Assembly (NCBI RefSeq): GCF_001194135.2
Contig: NC_068985.1
Coordinates: 91,359,974-91,417,009, forward strand
Reading direction: 5' to 3'
Length of the DNA: 57,036 nucleotides
Source of the DNA: Octopus bimaculoides
Taxonomy: Eukaryota
Of the stretch, positions 22,900-35,048 are shown in pieces; position 1 is the stretch's first letter; each line of letters opens with the position of its first letter. The translations under genes were made by a program, and so were the position numbers. Below the pieces are notes generated by a model. It saw nothing but the letters and a program-made list of their open reading frames with translations, searched no databases and was not told the origin of the DNA.

Positions 22900-24800
22900 A
22901 AAAGTCATTAATTTTTCTTCATAATCCATGATTGTGACGTATTAATCCTGTTCTCCTAAAAAATACCTTGACACCTGTTTCAATATTTACGTCAGAGATT
23001 TTGAGTCTGATATTAAATCTGAAAATTACCTCACTAATAAATCACATTTAATACATTTATATATTTTATAGCATATATTAAAATCATGTTTTCTTTGTCT
23101 TTATATCTAATTGTTTCTGCGGACTTTTTCTTTGATTTCGTTGCCTACAAATGATTGAATATTGCATGATTATTTTTCTGCCTCTTCGTGCGTTTTATAC
23201 AGTTCACTGATCTAAAATCCTGACCATTGGAATGATCAATTCGTTTATTTTATTCTATTCTCGTATTATATTCTTCCATGTTTATTTCATTAAGTAAGGA
23301 CAGATCGTTTTGATTATTTTAATATATATATTTTTTTTTTATTTTCTTTCAATAGTCTTTCTACCCTGACATTAGTGGAATTGCGATGTATGACATAGAC
23401 ATGACTTCTGAGAATTGTATACCTTTTATCCTATAAATGTTCATTCTTGTTTCTATGGGAATTATTTCTTAGATCTGGATTGTGTTTGGCTATTGCTTCC
23501 AGCATTTTTTAATCGTAAACGAGAACCTATGTGTTTGTATAACATTATAGTAGATTCATTTTAAATGTCTACAGTACTATGTTATGTTTTATTTCTATTT
23601 GCGTTTATTATTTCCCAGCATGTATACTTGTTAACATTTTGCAAATAGTTTTATTTTCAATGGCGTTTATCTGTTCTCATGTGATATCGTTATAGTGCTG
23701 GTGCGTGATGTCTAAATTATGATCGAGTAGTATGCGTGCAGAACTGCTGCATATGCTTTCGTTTCGTCCCTGCTACTCGTTATTACGTTCTCTATCAGTA
23801 TGTAGCCATCTCTGTTGTTTATAATAAAACTTTTCACTCGTTTCCTTCTTTCTTATTCTTAAATGTGTTTCGTGGGATTGTTGCATCAAATTTATACAAC
23901 GTTGTTTCCTCGTAAAATATGCGCCAGGAGGCCTTGTTTGTCATGATGCTTCTCGAATTTGCAATTATAGCGATGCGTTTTCTTTTATTGTTCAAACCAT
24001 TTCACATTTAGTTTTCTTTCTGTTTGAATTAAATTGCTGCCTGTTACTGTTATATTTATGCCTTATTCCCAATCAAGATAAGGCATCAAAATATAATGAC
24101 ATGTCATTAGTGTTCAGTGTCAATTCCATCCTAATCCAACAGACCTATCACATATGTTGTCGGCATAATGACAGTACAGCATTACGTGGCTCATTGTTAT
24201 ATATATGACATACCTTTTTAGTATTTTATTGTGTCAGCTTGTCTCTGTGATCAGAGGCATAATAATGTTTTCTATCCCTCTCCCTCGCTTTAGTCAGTAA
24301 GATAGTTGTCTATTGTTGGTGGTTTGAGGCTTATATAGCAAATATACACCCAGTGCTACTAGACTATTTGTGTGTATTCTGTGGGATGAGGGTAGGATAT
24401 CATTCCACTTGTTCCTTTTATTTTAACACCTAAAATTTGTAAGTCACTAGGTTATACCTATAGACACAGTCGTGAGAGAACAGTGGTTTCGGTGCGATAT
24501 CATCAATATCTGGTATTCAGTTATCCTTAGCGACAAACGCCTCACCATATTTTGAGCTTATCGCGCAACTGGTGATTCTGGTCGTGTTTCTGTACGTGTA
24601 GCCTTTTAGTTTTTACACTGTGGAATACATAGATATATATTATAGTTGTAATGTTGGAGTATTTTGTAGAAGTGCGAGACGGAGCGCGCTGTAATAACAT
24701 AACGGGGTTCTCTCTCTGTATAGTCGTCTCTTCATTTGAATACTTTATTTCAAAACCTATGAAGGCGAATATACACTCTGACTATACACTTATGATATAT
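22900..24800 (-). mobile_element. Possible highly decayed LINE ORF2 relic
   Basis: About 1.9 kb that is A-rich on the minus strand, free of microsatellites, with broken coding-like frames. No clean RT motif was recovered and the boundaries are uncertain. Confidence 0.25.
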
Positions 24801-24929
24801 GTACAAGAACATTATGAGGAAAAGTATACTAGATTTGATTTTAGTTGCAGTGTATAGTATAGGATTGAGAGATGGAATGGCTGGTAAGATGGATGTGAAT
24901 ACAAATGATGAGATACAGTTCTATATTTA

Positions 24930-25120
24930 AGAGGTGAGGAATTATGTACATTATTTACATTATTTTACATTTGACCGATATTTGCCATCATCTTGTTTGT
25001 TGTTAACACAGCGTTTCGGCTGATATACCCTCCCGCCTTCATTAGGTACCTTGGGGAATTTTCGAACCTAGGTTCTCATTCCAAAGGTATTTTACGATGG
25101 TAATATTGTTATTATTATTA
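24930..25120 (-). mobile_element. Penelope-like/retrozyme-type repeat, copy 1
   Basis: Shares about 120 bp with 43115-43240 (gtttcg.ctgatataccctcc...ttgggga.tttcgaacct.ggttctcattcc.aaggtatttt) and contains a hammerhead-like core. Confidence 0.65.
25005..25050 (-). ncRNA. Decayed minimal type I hammerhead ribozyme motif
   Basis: Minus strand reads GGTAC-CTAATGA-A-GGCGG(GAGGGTATAT)CAGCC-GAAA-CGCT-GTGTT. This follows stem I / CUGAUGA / stem II / GAAA / stem I, with G5 changed to A. Confidence 0.6.
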
Positions 25121-25510
25121 TGTTTTTTCTTCTTCCTTCAAATTTTCTTCCATTTCTTGCCGAGTGTGTTCCATACACCTAGGGCAGAGAACCTCGTTGT
25201 ATGCATTCCCACTTTACACAGGCAAATTCACAGGTAAAATATGTATTTAAAAAAAAATAATTTATAAATAAATTCATGAATAGATGTTGTTTTCAGAGCG
25301 ATAATGCTTTTCTCAGTACATGAGTCGTTCCAGTTAACACGATTTTTTGCACATCCTGTAGGGATGGTAAGCCTGGTATCATTTTCAAATAGGTTTCAGT
25401 ACCTTTTTTTTATATCATTCCTAAAGATCCTACAATCACTGGTACGGTAGTCGCCTTGAAATGACACATTTTTTTCAATTTCTGTTAGCAATTCTTTATA
25501 TTTACTGATC

Positions 25511-25511
<1 letters not shown>

Positions 25512-25542
<31 letters not shown>

Positions 25543-25609
25543 ATAGTAGTAGTAGTAGTAGTAGCAGCAGCATCAGTAGTAGTACTAGTAGTAGTAATAG
25601 TAGTAGTAA

Positions 25610-25662
<53 letters not shown>

Positions 25663-25757
25663 ATAGTAGTAGTAGTAGTAATAGTAGTGGCAATAGTAGT
25701 ACTAGTAGTAGCAGCACGAGAAGAAGTAGTAGTAGTAGTAGTAGTAGCAGCAGCAGT
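25512..25757. repeat. Imperfect (TAG)n/(CAG)n microsatellite
   Basis: Read directly; it explains the poly-Thr and poly-Leu ORFs. Confidence 0.97.
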
Positions 25758-28610
25758 ACTAGTTTCAAATTTTGGCAGAACGTCAGTAATTTCGGGTAGC
25801 GTGTATGCCAATTATATGGACCCAAGCGGTCAGCTGGTAGTTATTTTATTGACCGCCAGACGATGACTGTGATAACAACATTGATGTGAGTAGGACGAAG
25901 ATGGATGTTATTAATATTTGTACGAACATCGGAGTTAATAATGTTTGTATGAACAGTAATATTTCAACTACTGCTTCTCTGCTGCTACACTTTACGTCTT
26001 TTAATTTTCCGAAGACACTTACCAGAAATTGAATCTGAAAATGATGAGCAAGTGTAACTCAGATTGCATTAGATCATGTTGTATAAAGTAAATATACATT
26101 CAGTCCTTCATAATGTATTTGTACATTATTTAGTTTTCGAAATGTCAAAATCTCTTATCTTTAAGCCTTATTCCTAATGTCATATGCACTTTAGTACAAT
26201 GTGAAGACATTATAAAATATATCTTTTCGCACACTCACTAAAGTTCTTCCATACATACGTACAGTGTGCATGTGTGCGTTTGTATATGTGTGTGTGTGGG
26301 TGTGTGTGTGTGCGGGTGTGTGTGTGTGTGTGTGTGAATGTATGTTTCTATGTACATATATGGGTGTGTGTGTGTATGTACTTAGAAATGTACAAGTATG
26401 AACAGCATTTCTGAAAAAAAACTATGTTAGAGTATTGCCTATTTTAGATTTGGTCAGCTCTTATGATTACATATCCTTGCAGCGCTAAAATAACTATATT
26501 CTATTAATTTTGTGCCACTGACAGCTAAACTTCCTCTTTTTCTAATCTTCGTAAAGTATATAGCAGAAGAACTCATTCTAGCGTTTCTAGAACTTTTACG
26601 CTGCTCTACTTGACATACACGAAGTACTGTTCCAAGAAGCAGTTATATTCACCAAAATAAAATACATAAATACATTTATTCATTGTCGATGTTTCTCTTA
26701 TCTTCTCTTCCACTGCATCACATTAAATAAATGGACACACATTTGTAATATAACATGCATATTTTATTATCTATATTTTCGATGTTGTATGTGATAATAA
26801 GGAACTGCCCTATTTTCGTGTAGTGGAAGTCCATCTGGAAGTAGCAATTACCGCCAGATCTTATGTGGTTGCATTGGTTCTTTAATGCTGGCTTCTCCAT
26901 TTAATGGAAGCAAGAAAATAAATGCCTTTAGCATATTATCATGTGCGCGCATTAATTCTTGAGCACGTTAGCCATACATCCTTATAGCGGTGAATATCTG
27001 TGTATCATTTTTTCATGGTTCATATCAGGAGCGTTTCCTCTAAAATCGGTCGCGAACACGAGATTACTTCTACTATGTGCAGGTTTAACTTGTATATATT
27101 TTTATGTTTATTATAACTACAATTTTTGTATTCCACACGTGTATAAGTTAATTGTCTTGTCTTTCCTCGTTTCATAAAATAGTTATACCCAGAAGGGGAA
27201 CTGCATATTAAATAATGCCGCTAGGTTCTAAATTGTTAAATTATTTTATCACTTAAACTAGGGCATCATGTTTGACATCATAACAACTGCAAAAATGAAA
27301 ATAAAATTTGCCTCCAGTAATACAACAGAAAAATAATAATGCTTTTTAAAAAACGTTAAGGTCATTAAAGTCAATTATTCCGAGAATACATGTTAACGAA
27401 CTTCGACAAATAGTTAGGTACACATACACAACCAGAAATACACATNNNNNNNNNNNNNNNNNNNNNNNNNNNNNNNNNNNNNNNNNNNNNNNNNNNNNNN
27501 NNNNNNNNNNNNNNNNNNNNNNNNNNNNNNNNNNNNNNNNNNNNNNNNNNNNNNNNNNNNNNNNNNNNNNNNNNNNNNNNNNNNNNNNNNNNNNNNNNNN
27601 NNNNNNNNNNNNNNNNNNNNNNNNNNNNNNNNNNNNNNNNNNNATATATATATATATATATATATATATACATTCATACATGCATGCATGCATACACACA
27701 TGCATATAAACGCATACATGCACACGCTTATATACATCTACGCTGTATGTTTTCTTTCTATATACCAGTTTGTAATTTTAGTTTAGCTTCTGGCATTAGA
27801 TCTTTAAATGATATTGTCCTACCTCATTTCATTGGTAAAATTATTCATTTCGGCTGCGTAAACAGCTTTGGGATTACATTCATACACAATGTATTCATTA
27901 ATAAATTTCTTTATTTGTGGCTGGATGAATGTGGCTCATTATTATCGATGTTAACCCTGCAAATTTTGTAATGAACATGAAATAATTCTCATTGCACGAA
28001 TAATTGTTGTGTTGTTAATCATTGAATAATTTCAATAACAAAAAAACTGATATTCTATATCCATCTATAAGTAATCAAACATGTTTGCATATATAGATAA
28101 CAGCAACCGACGCTGCATTTCTGTCCGTTCTTACACTCTGAGATGAATATATATATATATATATCTATATATATNNNNNNNNNNNNNNNNNNNNNNNNNN
28201 NNNNNNNNNNNNNNNNNNNNNNNNNNNNNNNNNNNNNNNNNNNNNNNNNNNNNNNNNNNNNNNNNNNNNNNNNNNNNNNNNNNNNNNNNNNNNNNNNNNN
28301 NNNNNNNNNNNNNNNNNNNNNNNNNNNNNNNNNNNNNNNNNNNNNNNNNNNNNNNNNNNNNNNNNNNNNNNNNNNNNNNNNNNNNNNNNNNNNNNNNNNN
28401 NNNNNNNNNNNNNNNNNNNNNNNNNNNNNNNNNNNNNNNNNNNNNNNNNNNNNNNNNNNNNNNNNNNNNNNNNNNNNNNNNNNNNNNNNNNNNNNNNNNN
28501 NNNNNNNNNNNNNNNNNNNNNNNNNNNNNNNNNNNNNNNNNNNNNNNNNNNNNNNATATATATATATATATGTGTATGTTGATATATATATATATATGTG
28601 TGTGTGTGTG

Positions 28611-28656
<46 letters not shown>

Positions 28657-30316
28657 AACGTGTGTGTATATGTGTGTGTAAGATAGTGTGGGAGATGAGA
28701 TGCTAGAGCTGGATGGACTGAAAGTTAGAATTGTTCAAGATATTTATATTCTTACAAGAAAAGTGTCTGTTTAAAATCAACATTTTATTGAATTCCTGTT
28801 TTCTGAACCTCAATTGTTTTTGATGAATATCTCATTAAACTTTCTCTAGAAACTAAACTAAGAATAATATGTTGCCATGACATAGCTACGTTTATCAGAA
28901 GAGTATTGAATTGTAAGCTTAAGTCAATTGAACGCGGATTTTCCTATAATAACTTAACTTACTGCCAGCAAACTTCCAATTATTTGGCCGTGTCAATTAT
29001 TTCTTTGAGATTAACCGATAGCTGTCTTAATACAAAACCTGCTTAACTTTCGAAGATTCCTATTGAATAAAGAATGAAATAATTCGTTTTATAAACTTCT
29101 ATGATCGTCTACAACGCATATGAACGGAGTTAATTTGATGTCTCTTGGAGCAATTCTTAGATGCATATAATAAGTGCGCGCTTTTGACACCATATTGGAA
29201 ATTTCACAGTGCCGCATCATAATTATTATAAGCGTTAGCAATTTAGTCCTTCATCCATTTTATGTATCCATCAGTCCAAAGCCTTCTCATCTTCTTAAAT
29301 CAGAAGGCTTTACAACGAAGTAAATAGGAACGTTATTGGCGAAAGAGTTGATGGTACCGTTAGTGTAGCATTATTAATCGGCAAGGAAGCTATCTGCATG
29401 ATTGTAGATCCACTAGAAATTTGTTCGATGTGAAATGGTTGTCGGTGCGAATTATCCGCTACAGATAGGTACAAGTAACATAACGTAGAAGTGTGCTTCT
29501 ATCGTATGTGGAAAATAACGCTTTGCTATACGTAACAATGGATGTGTATATTGTATTAAATGAACTTCGTCATTGCACTTACTAATTTCAGATTTAAGTA
29601 ACAAGAGCTGTATCATTATTCAGTATGTATATATGGGTATACCAGAATTATTCAAAAGGAAACTCACATCCCCCCCACATACATACATACATACATACAT
29701 ACATACATGCATGCATGCATGCATACATACATATATATATATATATACTTTGTGTATATATAAAGATTTGTGTGTAAACTGGAAAATAATGTGAACAACG
29801 TAGAAATCAGTCTCATAGCGGATGGAAGCTGACATTTTACATGTTTTTATTTTTGTATCCTTTAAGGATAACAAAATATGTATTAAAAGGCTAGAGAGTG
29901 AAAGAATATTTGGATACAAGACACATTTCAATTGGATACTAATATTGGGAGGGAAGATACAAAATGATTTAGTATAAGCGCAAGTGAGTTGCATTCAAAA
30001 CTGAAAGCTGGAATTAGATAGAAATAGAAGCGATTATTTCCTTTCCAGAAGAGATGGAAGACAGCCATTTAAAAAGAGAGTGAATGTAGAAAGTGCATAC
30101 TGAATAATCAATAATAATAGAATGATATAAAACAAATGCAAGATGTATGCAAAAACTAGTAAACACAACGTTTAAACATATAGCGTAAGAAGGCAAAATT
30201 GGTTAAATGATATCAAGAGAGATACTAAATAAATGTTTTAGAATATTTCCTTAACTATAAATCCTCAGTATATACTATAGACAAGTAGTTTGCGTGAAGT
30301 AACACAGTTGTTGAAG

Positions 30317-30560
30317 AAGTGCCGTTCTTGTCTGTTCCTTCTCGAACCATGCCTGCCTTATAAAGGCCGGTTTCCCGGTTTCATTGGCGCATAGGTTCCT
30401 CACCTGGACGGGAAGCCGGTCTGTCACCGGTCAGCTGCTAGTTGCAGGGAGAAAGAGTGAGAGAAAATCGTGGCGAAATAGTCAGCAGAAGTTCGCCATT
30501 ACCTTCTGTTGGTGCCGCGTGGAGCATAGGTCTTTCGACCAAAAGCACACGCATCACCCG
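30317..30560 (-). mobile_element. 5'-truncated SINE-like repeat, family C, with a V-domain-like core
   Basis: GC-rich island. The minus strand ccggtgacagaccggcttcccgtccaggtg resembles the V-SINE core as I recall it (CCTGCGATGGACTGGCGTCCCGTCCAGGGTG); not searched. Confidence 0.5.
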
Positions 30561-30687
30561 TTGTACTTCCACATTGAAGAAATAACTTCATGGATATCTT
30601 GTTTTGAGTCATTGTGTGTTGTAATCGACCAAATAAATCTAATATGTAAAACAAAAATTCACTTTGGGATGATTATATGAAACTTAC

Positions 30688-30719
30688 CGCTCATTTGATA
30701 TTTCGATGTATGCAAGCGC
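30688..30719 (-). CDS. Candidate micro-exon (phase 0-2), ALAYIEISNE(R)
   Basis: ttttgttatag acceptor and GCG|gtaagt donor. Confidence 0.15.
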
Positions 30720-32238
30720 CTATAACAAAATGTATTTAAGATCGAGTTTGCTACGTGGAGCGATATCAATATTTTCTCACTTGAACACGGTTTGAATTTT
30801 GGTTTTAAACAACATGGACTATTCGTGTACATAAATGGATTTTATGAATTGTGATGCTTTGAACTAACCAGGCTGCATTACTTAAGCACACAAGAACATC
30901 TTTCGGAAACACGGCCTCCTTGAATATCAAAACGAATTTATAAATTTCTAAGCAATTTGTCAGGGAATCCGCGATAAGATTTTAACTGAGTGTTATTGAA
31001 CGCATGCTGCATAAGACGAAATGCCGATTACAAATGGCAATAAACCTTATTTTCACCGAGTTCATGAAATCAGAAAATAAGAATGTTACTTATTGATGAA
31101 GTAAGCCTAAGCTTTACATTTGTTAAAAGTCTTGCACAATCCGTCATTTCTCAAAAGTGGAACAGAATCTCCTTAAAAATAAATGTATTTTGTGGTGTTT
31201 TTATTGCAAATAAAAAATAAATTGGTCTCTATGATACGATAATTACAAAAATATTTATACACTAGAATTTTCACTGGGAATACTCAACTGAAACGATTAG
31301 TAATTAATGTAGCATTATAATAAACAGAATCATTTTGAGACTTGTCACTACCCCTATGGTCAGAAAGCAACGGGATTATAATTTATTCTTGGTAGAATAA
31401 TGTTTGTGTGAATGGAAGATGTATTAAAATAAATTTAATACTTTCCAGTAAAGCTAAATATATATCAGTGTACTGTTAAAGTAATACCTAATATATATGT
31501 ATATATATTATATATTATATATATGAAGGAGAGAGAAAGAGAGAGAGAGAGAGAAAGAGAAAGAGAGAGGGAGAGAGGGAGGCTGTTAATACCAAACTTA
31601 TATGAATAAATTTCGATAGTTTCTTTTATGTTTTCTGCCTTGGAGGGAAAGTTTTATAATAGAAAGGTTTCTTGAACGCGTATATTAGTAAGATTGAACT
31701 AAGACAGGAAATTATTTTCACTGTTATACGTTTAAGTATTAACATTGCTTGCGTATATATTAATGACTTTTAGTTTTTGAAATATTTCTATAGACTTATT
31801 TATAGATAAGAATAAATAAGAAGTAATTACCCACTGGTTGTGTTATTAAAGTTCTTTTCTGGTTTATGGAACGGAATGATTCAGTATTCTTCTATAATGG
31901 CAGGCAAGTCTCTCTGTTTGTTTTATTAACAAACTATGGCTTTATGTAGCTGCAGCTTTTCAAATTAACATCATTAAAATTCCTCATAACTGACATAAAA
32001 TATACCGTGCGATCTAATCCAGATTACAGTTTTAAAAGTACGTACACCTGAGAAGTTATTAATTTCATTTCTGATAATTTCACATCAACCATAAATTTTA
32101 CAAGATGATTAGTAAAAGTTGTTACTACAACAAAGTAACTCGCTTCATAAACTACATATACATTATCATCCACTATGTCCTTTGCAAAATAATTGGTTAA
32201 TCAAATTAGAATAAATATCACACACTATTTATATCTTA

Positions 32239-33130
32239 CGTGGCCTGATCATAAGTATCCAGACTGTTGCTATAGTAACGAAGCTAAAGCACGTTCTAGC
32301 TCACTTCTGTAGGGAAGGTGTTTAGCGTGTGGTCGTCGCATTGAGCATGATAGAGAACGTTCGTGCGCATGCACAGCTGACATTAAGGGCAATCTTTGCC
32401 AAGTGGATTCATTATGTATGCTTTAGTTTCGTTGTTATGGTAAAAGTCCGACACGGTTTCCCCTCTTTGTTTTCTTATTGAAAGCATCCAACCACAATTC
32501 GATAGCATCTAGCTTCAAATTGTGATTTTCATTCTGTTTCAGCCAGTACGTAGACTATGTCTTAAAATTTGAACAATACGCGGTCTGATCAATAAGTATC
32601 TGGTCTGTTGTCATTGTAACGAAGCTAAAGTACGCAGAGTGAAGCCACTTGACACCGATGGAATTGATTGCTATTGTGGATGCGCACTGAGTTTTAACGT
32701 TCTAACTTACTTCACCTGTCTACAGTAGTGCTTGAAATTAACATGTGTAGCGCGTAATAGTCGGATTGATCGTGACCAAGAAATTTGAGCACGGAGTGTG
32801 CATCAAAGTTTGCCAAAACTTTGCCGATGTCTCCTCAGAGGCCTACGCAAAATTAAAAAAAAAGAGCTTCCATCGTTCTCGACACAGTCAATGACATCTT
32901 GTGCAACTGAAACCCGAGTGTCGTATTGGTCAGCTAAATGTAGTTTGGGCACAAACTTAGCAGACACGCAAATCATACACAAACATTCAATGACAATGGA
33001 GGAAACTGAACCATAACTAAACTGCACATCCTTCGATAACTCGCAGAAGATGATTCGACGATTTCTTAGTTTTGCTAGTTGGGGGCCTCCCAGAACGTCC
33101 GTCAATATCAGCATTTTTTCAGCCATTTTG
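32239..33130. mobile_element. Cluster of rearranged mariner fragments
   Basis: Left end TA|cg.gg.ctgatca.taagtatc occurs at 32239 (+) and 32579 (+), with an inverted left-end piece at about 32362-32455. The transposase start TKKFEHGVCIKVCQ...EAYAKL is on +, then an inverted fragment on - reads RRIIFCELSKDVQFSYGSVSSIV...VSAKFVPKL (mariner HTH and WVPKL-like linker). Confidence 0.85.
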
Positions 33131-33375
33131 TAAATATCGATGAATTTTTATTGTATATTACAAATGACGAGCTTCGCACATGCAGTCTGTATTCTATCTA
33201 TTTCACTCCTTATATTTTGGATATGTGTGCTTTTGGTTGTGTGTGTATTTCTGAGTGTGTGTTTATGTCTGTTTGTGTATGTCTGTTTGTGTATGTGTGC
33301 ATGAGTATGTGTGTGTGTGTGTAGCATTCAAAGCTATATGAAGCGCCTGACAGGACACAACTGCATCTTACTTAC

Positions 33376-33408
33376 GTTATCAAAAGCCCAAAATTTTTCA
33401 ATATCTTG
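33376..33408 (-). CDS. Candidate micro-exon (phase 0-0), QDIEKFWAFDN
   Basis: gttctttag acceptor and AAC|gtaagt donor. Confidence 0.15.
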
Positions 33409-33644
33409 CTAAAGAACGTCCAGGATACTACAAAATATAAATTGTTGATGCATTCACAGACAGAGGTGACAAAATTTTATACCAGGTGAGTCCACATCAC
33501 AGTGAGAAACGTGAAGAAGAACCCTATACGAAGAACAATTGTATAGTATGTAGGATGAACCTACAGGTTAACTATAAGTTTAGGAATATAGTGTATAGCT
33601 TACGATGTACTGAAGGACGGTCCAGAAATTAACCAATTACTTAC

Positions 33645-33703
33645 TTTGGAGAGACAGCATATATGAGGTGCTGCAATTAATTTGGACATGGGCTGGGACA
33701 ATT
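33645..33703 (-). CDS. Candidate exon (phase 1-0), LSQPMSKLIAAPHICCLSK
   Basis: atttctgttag acceptor and AAA|gtaagt donor. Two frames are open, so the frame is ambiguous. Confidence 0.15.
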
Positions 33704-33944
33704 CTAACAGAAATATATTGAAGTGTTACGGATATGTACTTGCATAGGAAGTAACCCGATCTGACATCGTGTACTGGAACGAACACAATTGCAGCGTGGA
33801 AGGTGTTTATAATCCATTTAAAAGTACACAAACACCGTTAGATTCACTTCAACATTTAAATTTAATTTGCCAAAATATTTTTGTCGCTTTGAGACTGCGA
33901 CCTACTCACTGACAAAATTCCTTGCTGCATCATATATTTAAGTA

Positions 33945-33978
33945 TCTATCTATCTATCTGTCTATCTGTCTATCTATC

Positions 33979-34009
<31 letters not shown>

Positions 34010-34010
34010 T
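33945..34010. repeat. (TATC)n microsatellite
   Basis: Read directly. Confidence 0.93.
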
Positions 34011-34653
34011 TACAAATAGGGAGATATAACATAAAGCAGATATACACATGCAAGCTGATATATACGCACTTACGCTCACATACGCACGCAAAATTTTGTA
34101 TTCAAATTAGTGTTCGGGTGTGATTCGTATTTTGTGCATTACATATATGCTTATGTATGTGAGCTTGTAAGCAAGCTCCTTTGCATTTACATATATTAAC
34201 AAAGTTCTGTCTCTCTGATTGTATACATTATATCTCAAATTTCAGTACTAGACAGGTTCTCACCTGGTTACGCCAGCAGGAAATTCACGGTATATCGGCA
34301 ATTATGTATGCACTTTCAACTCTTCACTTTGCTGGAAACTATTACTCGCTTCACTAGCCTTCCGACATTTACGACTGATATTCATTTTGAATATAGCAAT
34401 TCAATGCAACATGATAAATGATTGCACAAAAAATTTTCGACCGGTAATTCCTGTATGAAAATGAATGGAATTCTCTTCATGCATGTTATTTCAATTTCTC
34501 CATCGTATACTACACTATAAAATATGTATTATTTCTATGGGAATAAGCAAAAAGAAAAAAAAAAGAAATGAAACTTAATGGGTTGAAATGAATTCGAAAA
34601 GGAACAAGTTAGAGTACATGTGTCTGGCAGTAAAATATTTCTAAAAATCATAC

Positions 34654-34674
34654 CTGCACTAATAGGTTGTGCAC
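34654..34674 (-). CDS. Candidate 21-nt micro-exon (phase 1-1), GAQPISA
   Basis: ttcataagtaacag acceptor and CAG|gtatga donor. Confidence 0.12.
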
Positions 34675-34854
34675 CTGTTACTTATGAAAGTAAACACGCA
34701 CTCGTTTATACAGCATACAGTACAGATGCTCATATATATGCATTTCAAAATACACCGAGAGTTTATATATGTGTGAATCTATATGTGCAGGTGTATGTAT
34801 ATATGCATATATATCTGTATGCATTTATGTATATATGGATCACTGTATACATAT

Positions 34855-34900
34855 ATCCTTTCCTTCCTCTACATATTATTATTATTATTATTATTATTAT

Positions 34901-34962
<62 letters not shown>

Positions 34963-34992
34963 ATAGAAACAGCAGCAGCAGCAGTAGTAGTG

Positions 34993-35047
<55 letters not shown>
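34855..35047. repeat. Compound (TAT)n/(TAG)n microsatellite
   Basis: Read directly; it explains the poly-Ser, poly-Val and poly-Thr ORFs. Confidence 0.97.
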
Positions 35048-35048
<1 letters not shown>

